This document shows positions 26,231 through 40,290 of a stretch of 64,000 nt of DNA, one piece after another (positions within the stretch are counted from its first letter, which is position 1; each line of letters starts with the position of its first letter). The DNA lies in the NCBI GenBank assembly GCA_965649765.1, contig OZ287748.1, positions 46,314,001 to 46,378,000 of the forward strand. The letters are read 5' to 3'. The notes below the pieces were generated by a model. It did no database searches and was not told the DNA's origin. It worked only from the letters and a program-made list of their open reading frames with translations. Source of the DNA: Bispira polyomma (lineage: Eukaryota). A program made the translations under genes and the position numbers.

Positions 26231-29200
26231 ACTTGTAGAAAAGTACAATTTCCTTTATAAAACAAAACTCTGACCACTAATAACCTCCACACAAAAACAA
26301 ACTACTCTTTTTTTTACTGAGAACAGTTCAACATTAATATAATCACAACTGCAGTCCCTGCGAGTGTTCCCTAGGTAACTTAAAAATATGCAGCGATTAC
26401 TCTTCATATTTGTTTCTTCAGACTGGCGCCAAGTCTTCTGAGCCGGTGCTATACACTTGCTCAGATCCAGTGAAGAATAAATTGAATTGAGCACAGGAGG
26501 CTACAATGGTGTGATGAAAGGGCAGTACGATGGAGGACCGTAGGAGGAAGAGAGGGGGAGGGGGGGGGGGGGGGAGGACAAGGGGTGGGCTGGGGAGAGG
26601 GGTTATGGTAGTGTTACTGGTGCCTTTTAAAAGTGCATGAATCCTGATGAAGCCCTGTGGGGAATCTACAGCTACAGAACTCCGGGCTTAAAAAACAGAG
26701 CCTTGGCCAATTTACAGTCACCAATTAACAGTCACCAAAAATGTGAAGAGACCAGTGATGAAGTAAAGACTAAAAAGAGGTGGCGAGGGGGTGGGGGTGG
26801 GTGTACAGAGAATTATGGAATGGGAGGGGGTGGGTTGTTACTGCACAAAATAAAGGTTCCAAGGACTGCCTGAAAATGAACAAGGGTTTTAAATTAAAGC
26901 AACAAAAAAAAATCTTTGTCAGCAATTAAAATTGATGTCTTTGCTTTGGTTGTCTCTCTTTTTTAATGTCGTTCTTTTTCTTTTGATTTATGTCTTCAGA
27001 AATATGTTTTAAATAATGACTTCAGAAGTTTTGCTTTAGTGTGACAATTAAGTGCTATACAAGTACACCCATATGCTGCTTCCTGATCACAGATACTTTT
27101 TTGCATGGGTCATAATATACATGCCTATAGTTAATTACCTATTATCATGAGTTGGAAATACATGTACACGTGAATCTTAAAATTGTATGCAGATATATTC
27201 CTTTCCTCAATCAAAGATATGAGCCAAGCCATTAGGTCACCTTTTAAACTGTAGTTAATGGGACTTGATGGCGTGTGGTGAACATATCATTTATCTTCCA
27301 TTACAATTTTTCATGCTTTCAAACCCCTTGAAATGACAGAAACTGAACAGAAATAGTATTTACTGCAACATACCACTTATACATCATGCATATGACAGTT
27401 TTGCTTGGCCCTTAATTCATTACTGGATCATTACAATTGCAAATTTAATGTGATAAACCCCTCATTTATCAATCCCTTTGCCAACGGTTTATAAAACAAA
27501 TAGATGTTCTGAAGAAACAAATGAGTTTCGACCAACTGGTGTGTGCATTTACTTCTTTATAAGGGAAGTACAATTTGAAGCCACCTCCTGAGAAAAAAAA
27601 AAAGCAGAAATATGTTTTTATACATTTCCATTAGGTTTTGTAATTTAGATTCTGGACACCTTTTAGATTCATAACGTTGATAGGGTTTTAAATGAAACGG
27701 CATCAAAATGTAAAAAATCACCAAACCCATCACCTGAAAGTGTACAAATATAACTGTATGCAACTGTTATTTCAGTATATTGAACATTATCATTTGTTGT
27801 TATGATTAAGGGACAAAACTGAGCTTTTATTAAAGTGTGGTATGGACATTGATTATATTGACATCTACAATAATGCAGAAGAAAGCTAATCTGCCAAGCT
27901 CAAGGGGTTAATCAATTAAATGCTATTGTTGAACAACGCTGTGGAAATCTTTGAAATCAGATATGGTATTTACATAATAATTACAACTGCTGCTGTTTTT
28001 AAATTATTGTGTAAACTATATTTTATGTAACCACAATAACTAATTTACTATATTACACAACCGCATTAGTTTGTAAAAGAGTGAAAAAAAAATGGATAAA
28101 AAATGAATTGCAGCTCAATTTTAAATAACGATAAACAATTTTGGGAGAATAAAAGTGGGTTCAGAAGATAAAATATTTGATTAAATTTATCCAATATTTT
28201 TACTATAATTGTATTAACATGTACTTCCATAGTCAATATTTTTCTGTTTAAGGACAGTGAGCTATGGCTAGGAATATATAAACAATATAGCCATTTTCCC
28301 AGTTACGGGAGAAACATTTATTAGAAAAATAAGATGAATGTTTCTTTTTTTTGTCAGAGAACATAGACTTATGATATCCTAAAGACTTCAGATTACTGCT
28401 GTTTACAGACTGAAGGCTTCGTGTCAAGGTAGAAGTTGATCACAGAAAATCCCCAAGTAAGCTGAAGCTGTAAAGCTGGTTATCGCCCACGGCAATCGAC
28501 AGACTGTCTCTGTCCTTGTTTGGTGAAAAAAGAGAAGAAGACACAGCCCTTATAGTCACTCTAGGGTGTAGTTCAGCTGCAGCTCCACATTTCTACTGTA
28601 AAACTGTGTAAATAGGTGGCATTTTATAGCATGTTGTGACAGCTTCTACTTCAACTAAAACTTTCCATCAAAGAGCATGAAATCGGATATGTGTGGTTGA
28701 GAACCAAACAATTACCATTCTGAGCATATATAAGATTTTACTTGCTTTAATTTAATATGAGATCATTTAAAACTTATGTTTTGAGGTAAAATAAAAGGAA
28801 ATTGCAAATAGCCTACCTATCTTATCTAAACTTCTATTATCTGAATATTCAATTTTATGAACTCCAATTTATTCTCCCATTTATCATTTTGCTATTGTTT
28901 TATAATAAATTGCCTATTCTATTTTATGAACCTTCTATTAGCCGAAGAAATTCTTGCTCTCCTATCATGTTTGGAAGATAGGAGCCTCTACTTTATTTAA
29001 ATTGGAAGAAATCGAGGTTCATGTATAAATGTTAACCTTTTACTCTTGACAACAATTTGCTCATTTAAGCTGACAACTATAAAAGAATAAAAAGCCACAT
29101 TTATTTACATTCTATTGCTGCTTACTTTATTTTCTAATCAGTCAATCTCGGTTAAGTTGTCTTTGAATACACTTGGCAAAATAAAAGCCAGGAATTCATG

Positions 29201-30829
29201 GAAATAAAGGAGGGCAGCTTCTGGGTTTTTTTCTCCATAGTCTGCCCAGTTAATCTGAATTCATACAAGGTTACTTTTTGTTGGGATACCTTTGGACCCC
29301 AAAAGTTAGAAAAAAGGGCACAAAGGTATTTGGGAAGAAGTGGTAAATGCCAACAGCGTGGAAAAGAGCCTTATTAGGTGGGATGTGACAGGAATGAAAG
29401 ACAGCAAATTAGTAGGGGTTTGTTCTGCAGGAATTTAGCCTTACATTTGGCTGAAACGAGTATATGTTCCTAGACAATGATAGTACATATACATATATAT
29501 ATACATGAACTGAAAGCATGTAAAACAAAGTGAAGTCATTCAAGTTCAAGGTTATTAAGTGAAAGGTTTTTTCAGTTTAAAATAATGATTAGTTTTTATG
29601 ACTTAATAGAGCACAGTAACATAGACATAGGTACATCCAGATTTTCGAAGAATCAGAATTTGAGCAAAATACAATGTATTAGAAATAATGTATTAAACAG
29701 GAAGTAATACTGTATGCAGTCAAATGCAGTAAGGCTAGTTATAATCCTTTGTATCACCCTTATTCTAGCAAAAGGTTAGCAGAAGTCACATCACTCAATT
29801 CATATCTAACATTAATATTCACTTAAAGTCCCTATTGATAAGCATGTTTAATTAACAGACCATTCTTAGTATTTTCTAACTGGGGTTGATCAAATGTGAT
29901 AACGCAATGTAAATATTAAACAAAAACTCCAGTATAGAAGGAAGAATCTTTATAAATGTATATTCTGCCGATACGAGCGGTTAATCGATACGAGCAAGGC
30001 CAATGATAAATAAAATTTTAAAGTGACAAAATGATCTTTTTTCTTCTCCTTGATCTGTTGGAGTAAAATATAGCACAAAATTAGTTAGAGAAAAGAAACT
30101 TTTTTTAAATTACACACTCACAGCTTCAAATACAGTAAATATTCTTTTTTAAGTTCCAGGCTTACATTGTTAAAATGCAGCTCCGACTTTCACTATTTCT
30201 TGAGGTTTCTCAGTGTTTGTCCACATTAAAACCACCACATGTCCACAATAATATTGTATGTCTTGTCCAATATTACAACTCCTCACCAGTAAGTTTGCCA
30301 TTTGACTGAGCCGGGATGTCAGCTGCAGTACCTGTTCATCCATCCATAGTCATTCATGCAGTGCAGACCACTAAATCACCCAGTACTTATCCAGTAAATC
30401 ATACCACCTCTCACAGTATGCACTGTATATAATTCACACTTAATGACCTCATGATTTTCTATTTGCTTTACATTACATACCAGTGCCACAAAAAAGTCTC
30501 TCAACATATCTGATCCTACCTGGAAAACTACTGTTATACAGTATAAACACTTGCTTTTTATTTTGATTGTTTGATGATAACTTATCATATCAATAAATCT
30601 AATATATTAAGAAAGGATAGTAAATAAATAAAGCTATAAAACTAGTGTCAGACAGACCAACTAGGTTATAACCATCTCCACTGCATCACAGCTCAGCAGA
30701 ATAAGGACTTGTTTGACTTAAGCATGAAATGCTTCATAAAACCAAAGCTACTGAGGTTCAATAGGTTAAATGGAGCTTTAGGAGGGTACAGTTGGGGACT
30801 ATGCATACAATATAAAAATTTTGATAATA

Positions 30830-31220
30830 CAGTACAACCTCTATAATCTGAACTCCAATTATCAAAAGAATCAATTTTATAAACTCATTTCCACTTTCCC
30901 AAATCTACATTTCCTTATTGATTTATACCCAAATGCCTCTTTTACTTGATGAACCTTCTATTTTTTTCTGAATTAAACCTTGCTCTCCCAACAAGTTTGG
31001 ATAATAGGAGTTCTACTGTGGTTCTAAGGTAGAGTAGAACCTCTAATCTTCTAATTTCTGTCATCTAAATATTGATTTTATTAACTCCTTAATACTCACC
31101 CAAAGTTACATTGACCTTCTGTTATAAATACTAAAATACCTCTTTTGTTTTATGAACCTTGTGTTATCCAAACCAACATCTTGCTTTACCAACATGATTG
31201 GATAATAGATGTTACACTAT
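30830..31220. mobile_element. Two adjacent family-B MITE copies
   Basis: 30830-31018 and 31032-31220, same orientation, each with both TIRs. Confidence 0.75.
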
Positions 31221-33144
31221 AGTTTGTAGTGTGCTAACTGCTACACTATATACAGAACATATCAGCAGTGTGAACTTAACTCAATGGGTGGACACTAGAT
31301 TATGAAAGCTGTGCAGGTATGTCTGACATTTACAAATCCCTATGTACTGATGAAGAGATGAGAAAAATACATTGGTGTTTATGTTCATCTTAAATGTCAG
31401 ATACTAAAAGAGAGATAATGCCACATGGTTACACTAAGTATCAAAGGATTACCTTCTACTGATACAGCCAGCCCGCCAGCTTTGTTTTAATACCTTTTTT
31501 GTGCAGAAAATTTCATCTACAAGAGACTACAAGCCATTCTTGTATTAAAAAAAATGACAAATATATTAAACCTAATGCTGCCAGATAGTACCATATCTTA
31601 AACAAAAGCTCCTGCTCTTGGGTATTTGTAACTTGCGCCAGCTTGGTTCATGCACTGACCAGATTTGTTGCCTGCACATCCCTGCAGAGTACTAAATGAT
31701 CTACCCCAGTGATCCATCAACAGAGCCACCAGGAAGTATAGTCTGAATTGACAGCTGTACACCAGTAACTTAACTAATTAGCACCCCTTCCTGGATACTC
31801 ATTGATTGATCATATTACAATCTTACTGGGGAGAACTTGCTTCATTAGATGCCAGTCTGGCTGCTTAAGGGCACACACATCTACTGCATGTACAATGTAT
31901 GTGTGGTTTTGTTTGTCTGTGCACTGAGAGTGGACTAGGGCTTATTTTCAAAGCAGTTGAATGAAATAACAAAACCTCAATTATACAGGTAATAAAAAGA
32001 GCACCCACAAGAATTACACTTAACTGCAAGGCAATGAACTTTGAGTAAACCCAAACTGAACAGTCAAACACTAATCTCAGCATCTTATGAATGATGTAAT
32101 TTATTTTCTAAAATAATGCTTTTTCAATAGTGTTACTACAGTGGAATCTTCATTATATAAATTTACTGGGAGAGTTAGACTTCGTATGGATAATAGGAGG
32201 TTCATAAATAGAAGTCATTTTAGTATAAAACAATTGGGGAAACGGAAATTTTAGACCCTAAAATGGTTTTTGTACAATAATAATATTTGGATAACAGAAA
32301 TTCGATTAACAGAGGTTCTACTGTAATATAGACGTTAGACAGGCAATAATTATTGTGGGCATGTAACCTTTATTTATCACAGACAGTTTCCCTGTTTCGG
32401 AGTATTGCAAAACATTACATACATTTTATATCCACTTTACCACTGGCATGGTAGAATCACTTTATTCCTAATTAATGTTGAGAAAAAAAGATATAAATTA
32501 CTGAACAAAAAGGTCACCTAGAATAGACAAGTATTACGCAGATGACTTTCAGATGAATGTTTGATGAAACAAGCCCATCTGAAAAATGTCATTAAAAGTA
32601 ATAGTAAGCAATAAACATCAAAATCTTTCAAGAAGCTTTACCGTATATGATTGCCTGACAGAGACCTATATTTTAATCTTCAGTGGTATTACTTCCTCTT
32701 AGATTATCTTGTAAAAATAACTATAACTGCTTCATTTCATGAGTTTCTGTTACCGCCAAATTACAAGAAACACTGTAAAATAAATGGCGTCTGTAAACAA
32801 GGATAGCATCTGCATGACTGTCCCCAGCATATCATAACCACGAGGCCCTAATCTGGAAAAAGTGGACGACAAATTTTTCCACTTCCCTAGATGAGAAACA
32901 AGTCCCTAGGATGCATGCAAACAAGTCATATATCTGTCCTTTAATTTAATTAGGTTTCATGAATCCAATGAGAACTGATGAAAAGCTTGCATGCCTGAGC
33001 ATATTCCCTGCCAGACTTGCAACTGAGGGATGTAGATCAAAGCCTTTACTGCAGTGTAGTTGTACAGCTGACTGTCTGTATGATGACAGGACTATATACA
33101 AGTCATGAGAGGTGGGTAAGATAGAGAAAGTCTGAGCAGTTTTA

Positions 33145-33406
33145 GCCTATGTTTTCATGTAGCAGAACGCAAATTGCCAACAGATAACAACCGAGTTTAG
33201 TTTTTACCATAAAGCCGATTTTACAGGGCCGATTTTATGAGGTAAAAAGACATCATGATCATCAGGATTTGGACAAACCCTGCTAATTTTGTGTTAATTT
33301 TATTCACTATTTACAGGGTTGACAGCCAATATAAGACTTTTTCTTATCTTAGAAGCAACAAAAATCGGCTATGTCATTTGGCAGTATCTGGTATATGGAA
33401 ACACAT
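33145..33406. mobile_element. Harbinger-like MITE (CCTATGTTTCCAT-type TIR); shorter relative at 14003-14077
   Basis: GCCTATGTTTTCAT ... ATGGAAACACAT, with internal GCCGATTTT / AAAATCGGC. Confidence 0.45.
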
Positions 33407-33636
33407 CAAGATAAAATATAAGTAATGACAGAATCCATGTCCACTGCTTGTCCTCAGCTACATCATGGAAATGGGGGCTTACTTCTTTTAAGTTGGTGTA
33501 CGCAGTCTGTGAGTAGCACACACAAGTGTATATTTAGCTTCTTTGTCAAGTGAATTTATTGTATATACAATGTATTGTACACTTGTATTCATGTATTGTT
33601 CATATAATCTTGTATGTAAAAACAAAATATAATAAA

Positions 33637-34424
33637 AACTAGACCTAGTGTATCAGAGAACCAATGTATATTTGTATCCACCAGAACGACAGACCACCCT
33701 AGGTAGGAAGCACCCAAGCTTGGGCTACCCTCTTCTGACCTTGAAGGAGGGGCCCAAGGTCAAATCTGACCACATCAGAAGATTCTCAGCCCATGATTAC
33801 CTATAAGTTGGTTTCACATTGGAAAGCTGTACGACCAATAATAAGCGAGTTTTTAGCACTTTTAAGTTTGGCTATTGTCATTTGACCTTGACGGAGGGGC
33901 CCAAGGTCAAACCTGATCACATCAGAAGACTCCCAGCCCATAATTTCTTATAGGTTGGTTTTGCATCTCAAAACTGTAGGACCAATAATAAGCGAGTGAT
34001 AAGCACTTTTAAGTTTGGATACCTTGTTTGACCTTGAATGAGGGGCCCAAGGTCAAACCTGACCACATCAGAAGATTCCTAGCCCATGATTTCCTATAGG
34101 TAGGCCTCACATGCCAAACCTCTAGGACCAATAATAATGGAGATATAGGCACTTTCAAAGTTCGCTATAGGGGTACTTTGGCACTCCGTAGATGACCTTG
34201 ATTTTCAAAGAAATGCCGATGGCGGCCATCTTGTTTTTCAGAATGAGACTAATTTCAGTCGCAGAGAAGCTTACCTCCCAATGAAGATATCCTGTAAATT
34301 TTGTGAAGCTAGCTGGTCTAGTTTTCCGCTGAGAGTGTTAACGGTGAAAATCTCTCTGTGGTGGCAGTGGAGGCGGCGTAGCGAACGCTAAACCAAAGTA
34401 TCCACCGGATCGGTGGATACAAAT
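33637..34424 (+). mobile_element. Non-autonomous Helentron/HINE-type element with internal ~146-bp tandem array (about 3 monomers)
   Basis: Starts AACTAGACCTAGTG, 5' subterminal GTATCCACC, 3' hairpin GTATCCACCG-GAT-CGGTGGATAC (34398-34420). Monomers start at ~33734, 33881, 34027. No TSD, A-rich flanks. Second copy at 61678. Confidence 0.78.
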
Positions 34425-34544
34425 ATCAATCTGAAAAAATCTATTGAATACTTATATCACAGAGAACCTACTTTTTAAAGCACATCAGCCATTAACGGTA
34501 GAGGAATAAAAACGTCTAATTATTAACCAAGTGTTAAGTATTTA

Positions 34545-34723
34545 CAGTTAAACCCCTTTGCAGTAGAACTACATTTGTATGTAAAGTCGATTTCTTTTAA
34601 GAGACAAAAATGTAGTACTACCAAAGCCTTCTCTTTTAAAATTTACCCTGTCAAGTTGAAATCCTGCCTAGGCAAAAGTATTTTTTCTAGTCCCCTGAGG
34701 TTCGACTTGAAGGGGTTCAACTG
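34545..34723. mobile_element. Family-A MITE copy
   Basis: TA|CAGTTAAACCCCTTT ... AAGGGGTTCAACTG|TA. Confidence 0.8.
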
Positions 34724-36019
34724 TACTTATAGTTACTGTTAACAATGGTCTTTTATAAAATTATCAGAGGATAAAGTATGGTTTTAACTTAGGGCTACAT
34801 TATACACTGTCACATTATTAAGTAGAAAGAAAATGCCAGTTTCATTAATTCAAGGACCTGATTTATTCACAGGATTCTAAAATTGTTTGAATAGCTCAAA
34901 TGAAGACATAAAGAATCTTAGACATATACATGTATGTATATATATGTATATGAACAGTATTCACACTCTTATTGTAAATACCCTAAACAAGTCCACCAAA
35001 ATTTCAGAAATCATACCCAACCGGCTGCCTCACAATGTTTTAAAGTCTTGTCATGATGTGCCCAATATCCCCTCACATTTACCCATCAGCTTATGTCACC
35101 CCATACCAATAACTTATGCAAGGGTGTTGACTTATTCAGACGCTTCCCAGGTCCAATGTCTTAAACATGGGTTAATAGCGCTCAATTGAATTACTCCAAG
35201 AGCGAAAAGATCAGCTGGAATAATAAGCAAATAAGCATGAGACCTTTAAGTAAAAAATAAAAATCTCTCCATATTCCATATTTGTAGCTTTCGGAGGTAA
35301 AGAAAATATTGAAGTTATGCACCAATAGCACCATAGTCTTTACTTCTATGTGTATCTTTTGCAATAACAGAAACAGATTAACTTCACAGAAAGTGGATCT
35401 GTTCATTAAATATGGAGGACAACAAACTTGAAAAGCATGCTGACAAAAGAAGGTATTTTGATAACTTATTAGACACAAACAGAACCCTGAAAAGCCATTG
35501 AATCACCATTCTGAGTGAGGAATTTAGTCAGCACACATATATGGAGCTCCACACTCTCACATGTTTATCATAAATAAAAGAAAATAATTTCAAAAAGAGA
35601 TCTTTTCTACTCATATAATGGTAAGCCAATGAAGTTTGTCTGGATTTTTGCATTAAACTGTATAACTGTATCATTCTAGACTGTGGACATAAGCATCATA
35701 TTTCACTGTTAAATGTACAAAAAGTTTTTAAAAGCATTGAGCAACGAAAAGTGGCATTAATCTTTCTTGTTTATTTGGCCTGAATCTTCCTTGCCACTTA
35801 TACAATTGTAAAAGATTTAGTTTGTGTACATGGTATGATATGCTATCTATTTTGTCGGTAATTGCAGTGTATTCAGGTTTTAACTTGTAAACAAGATGAC
35901 ATGCTTTTTATTGTAACAAATTAAAGAGCCATACAGGCACTAAAAGCACAATTTATCTTAGTATAAATTTATATTTACCAAATTGTAATGTATTTTGCAT
36001 TTTTTACATGTCTTACTGA

Positions 36020-36249
36020 TATGAGGCATCTTCTGGAGCACAACAGAATCGCTTAACCAAACGAGAAGTCCAAAAATATACCCAGGTTGTAAGCAAATAT
36101 GTGGGAGTGTGCAGATAGAGAACTAAGGGGTATGCGAGTGTGAACAGATAGGTTTTGAGTTTTCTTCTAAACCCAGAAAGTGTTTCCAGTGATCTAAGCT
36201 CAACTGGCAGACTATTCTATAACATTGGGGCAGTGATTGACAAAGCTCA
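36020..36249 (-). mobile_element. 3' end of an L2/CR1-group LINE
   Basis: Minus strand reads ALSITAPML*NSLPVELRSLETLSGFRRKLKTYLFTLAYP*. Confidence 0.75.
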
Positions 36250-37698
36250 AAAAAAAAAGGAAAGCCTCTCACAGATAATATATCTTAGAATAAAGTGGAG
36301 TAAATTCCAGTTATTTCAAATTGTACATCAACCCACAATTACATCAAACTGATGATAATCTTTAAAAGTTCTGTTTCTTTCAAATAGTCTGAATAGCCAA
36401 ATCACTGTTTTGGTGGTTTGTTGTGGTCAGGCTCACTTATATAAAGACATTGGTCACTAAATTATCCCTGCAGGCACGAGTCTTTCACATGTCACTATGT
36501 CCAGTAATTCGACTGAATTGACAGCTAAAGGAACTGTCAATAGTAATTATAGCACGACATGTTTATCTTCTGCTGAACCAATTGGGACAAACATGGGAGT
36601 GTTTCCCTTTAGGAATCAGCAGCATTGGAGGAAACATTATACTTTGTGAAAACCATTATTCTCATGATAATTCTGCATGTATTTTGTTTTTCACAACCGC
36701 CTCTCTTTCCCAATGCAGGATATAAATGACATTTTTAAAATATGAATAATAAAGAAAAGAAGATGACAAAAGTATATGCAAATTTAAATCTCTTTATTAA
36801 CTAAAAAAAAAAAAAAGAAAAAATCCTTCTTAACTTTAACTAATGTCACTAAAAAACAAGATTTCCTTTGCAACATATCAACCATTACAGTAACAAGTTG
36901 TTACTGACAGAAAGGCAAGTTTAGCATCGCTTAGCATATACATAGGAGGGCCCATATTATCAAGTAGATCAAGCTCAAACTCCAAATAAACTCAAATTGG
37001 CAGAGAGCTCCATCTCTTTCTAAAGAAAATTTACATAAAATCTCACAGCCAATTTTAAGCTTGACTGCTAAAATAAGTGGGCAAAAGTATACACAAACTC
37101 AAACTTTTTTGTGCTTAGGAGATATAAAGTGTGAGACTGAGTTTATTTGGAGAAATACACACGCCTTATTGTCTAGCATTTTCCTCTAAAATTTCTCCTG
37201 TGAAGTAAAAAATATACCACACACAACAATAGGCTGCTGAGTCCAAAACGTATAACTATTGTCACATACAAAAAGACCTTGGCTTCTTTCATCAAAAAAA
37301 AAAAAAAAAAAGAAATGGTGAAACTCCCCAGAGTGCTGCCTTAAATTACCGGAATGTTTTACCTCCCACTTCCCTGCCGCAATTGTAGCCTCTCTCAAGC
37401 TCAACTATCTATATGACAGTGACATTAACTCTAATCTAATCTTATAGATAGCCCACTGATGAAAGAATAGTTATAATAAATATTAATAATCCAAATTTCT
37501 TAGCTGAAAGCTAAAGGCATGTTGAAAGGAAATGAAAGCACAGGCCGAGTAGGAGCTATATGGTTAAGTGAAAGTTTAATTGAATAAAATAACGAAGAGT
37601 CATTCACAGAAAACTAGAGCAGATGTAAATTTTTTCACCGATACTGAGATTTGGAGAAAGGGAATCCAAAGGAATGTTACAAAATCAGGAAAATAAAA

Positions 37699-37700
37699 TT

Positions 37701-37731
<31 letters not shown>

Positions 37732-37736
37732 GGGGG
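37699..37736. repeat. poly-T followed by a 26-nt poly-G run
   Basis: Direct observation. Other G-runs at 12264-12280, 26550-26575 and 63734-63749. Confidence 0.9.
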
Positions 37737-39981
37737 AATTCATAGTTTGTAAAATTCTACACAACCAGAATACTTACAACACCTTAAAACAAATGGACAA
37801 CATGTATTTCCTTTTATCAATATTAAGTTTATATCCCTAGTTGTAACTTTAACAATAAAACCTGCATGTAGTGTTTGTTGATTCTACACATACTAGAGTC
37901 TAGAGGTAGTGGGAATGCATTCACTAGTAATCACTACCAGTTATAAACTACTTTAAAACATGTTAAAATAGCTTTTATTGCAGATTTTCTTCCAAGCTTA
38001 AAACATGTATGGTCAGAGGGTCTACAATTCCTGCATAGTGTCTTGTTATATCATATTATAAACTCAGCGTTACTGTAATCCATAAATGTCAGCCTGGGCA
38101 AGACTAAACTGTTGCTCACCCTTATTTTTAAAGGGCCACAACTTCTTTTGGTATCGGGTCTTCTGCTCATTATGGAACAATCCATTTTATGCATCTTCAT
38201 TTGTATGTCTGCAGGCAGGCACCATTAGGGACAGGACTGCACCACTAGATTGAGCTGCAAGGCACACTTGTATTCAATCGAGCACAACTCAATTTGTCAA
38301 CTGCTCGATAGAGAGAACAAAAAATGTCACCTTTGTTTCTAAATTAAGAAAAAAAAAATCATTGTTAAGTAGAGGGTAACAGGGTAAGAGCAAATGAAGG
38401 TGCTTGTTGTGGAGGTTTTCATGGAAAATGGACCTTTAGCTTTGCCATATTTAAATGATGAAATGTTCTAAAATCTAAATATTTGGTTTTCTAAACTCAT
38501 TTCTGTTCTCCCACTAATTATTTGATATATAAATAGATGCATCTCTTTCATTTTGTAAATGTTATATTATGTAAGCAAAAACCTTCCATTTGAAAGTATT
38601 GGTATTCCAACATTCTACTAGTACCATAGTCACAGCCTTTTTAATGGAACTCTGTTAAGTCAATTTCCTTTCACGCAGAAATATCTTATGTTCTACATAG
38701 TGTTTTTCTTTTAAAATCTACCCTAATGGAGATCCTGTTCAAGTAGAGGTATTTCCCTTGGTACCGTCAGGTTTGACTTTAAGGGGTTCAACTGCATTTA
38801 AAAGCTTAAAGTTTTAGAGTTCTGTGTGAAATGTACCAGCATAGAAGTAAGTAAATTATAGGCGTTATAATTATACTCCTTTATAAAAAACAGAATAGGC
38901 AATATGTGACTTTAATATAACTGTAAAACTAAATCAACACAACTGTAAGAAAAGAAGAATGGCTCAAGAATAATATCATCTGGGAAATTAATTAGTATCA
39001 GTTTACTGACAAACTATCCATTTTATGACATTTTTTACTTACTTGGGTATGACTCCTGTTTATCATTTCCAATTGAAGATGACTAATTTTAAACATTTTA
39101 CTTAATGCCAACAACTATTTGAAAGCTTTAGAATATTATCATGATAATAAATTGATGTAAGGTTCGGTTTCACCTTTCAATTTATGCTGTAAAATTAATA
39201 ATATTCTGTTTCCTGCCATTACATCACTGTACCTTAAAGAGACGACACTTTTGCAGTTTTAGATTAGCAAAATGATCCAAATATAAGAACATATTTAATC
39301 TACATACAAGCATGATTTTTGTCTCTCAAAAGCAACTAGCTGTAGAATTCAACAGTAGCTTCCTTTGGTTATATAACATGATTTCAAAAACTTCTTATCT
39401 GGTATACATGTATAAACATGATCTATTTGAGGACCTATGAGAGTAGAGTGATGGGGTTACATTGAAGAAATCGTGGGCAACTGGAGTTTGTGTAAATGGC
39501 AACCTTAAAGTTAACGTTGTTGACTTGTACACAATTAGTCCTCAAGATGGCATCTGACGTCCTCAAGCCTCTCCCTCAAGTAACGGGAGACAAGCAACAA
39601 GAGGGGACTGTCAGCATTAAAAAGCAACCCAAACAGAAATAAAAACTATGCAAGTGGCTCAACACGGCCAATTTCACAAGTGTTGTACTTTAAATATCTT
39701 GCTCTGGCCTGTCACAGAATACAGAGGAAAGCAATCCTACTCATTTAGTCAATTTCCTTTTCGCTATTTAAACAGGAAAAGGGGGTTTTTAGCCTAGAAA
39801 TAACTAGCCAGAAACATCACGGCTGTGATGTTTTACGAACTCATCACTGATTTTTTTTCATATACCTTTGTAAAATCTGTAAATTACCCATGACTGATAT
39901 TCTGTTATTTTTTTGTTTTGTCAAACTAAAACAAAATAGTATGCGCAAAAAGCCAGAGGTACAGCAATACAGTTATTGGTA

Positions 39982-40290
39982 TAAGTCTATGTCTCCACAA
40001 GTACCATTTTCAGCTGTACCATGATGTACGATCCGTTTGTTTCATCTTTATAAATTACATATACCTCTCTCTATACACATGAATCCACTGTAGTAATTGG
40101 GACTGCTATAAAACTTTTCACTTTCTGGAGCAGAAATTTTCACATCGCACAGAAATGTTGTCATGACAATATTAAATCAAAATTAAATTTTTGCGCCAAT
40201 AATGTAATCCCTGTTTGAAATCGCATTCGTGGAGACACAAACCCCAAGTTTTTATCGCAAAATGTATATTGCCAGATGGTAGTTGTGCAG
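39982..40290. mobile_element. Second, oppositely oriented copy of the Kolobok-like element
   Basis: AAGTCTATGTCTCCACAAGTACC start. ATCGCACAGAAATGTTGTCAT and ATGTAATCCCTGT are complementary to 17855-17915. Confidence 0.6.

Noticed and set aside
33734-34200. Regularly spaced palindromic repeats resembling a CRISPR array
   Set aside because: The 'spacers' are homologous to each other (tandem monomers), the context is eukaryotic, and there are no cas genes.
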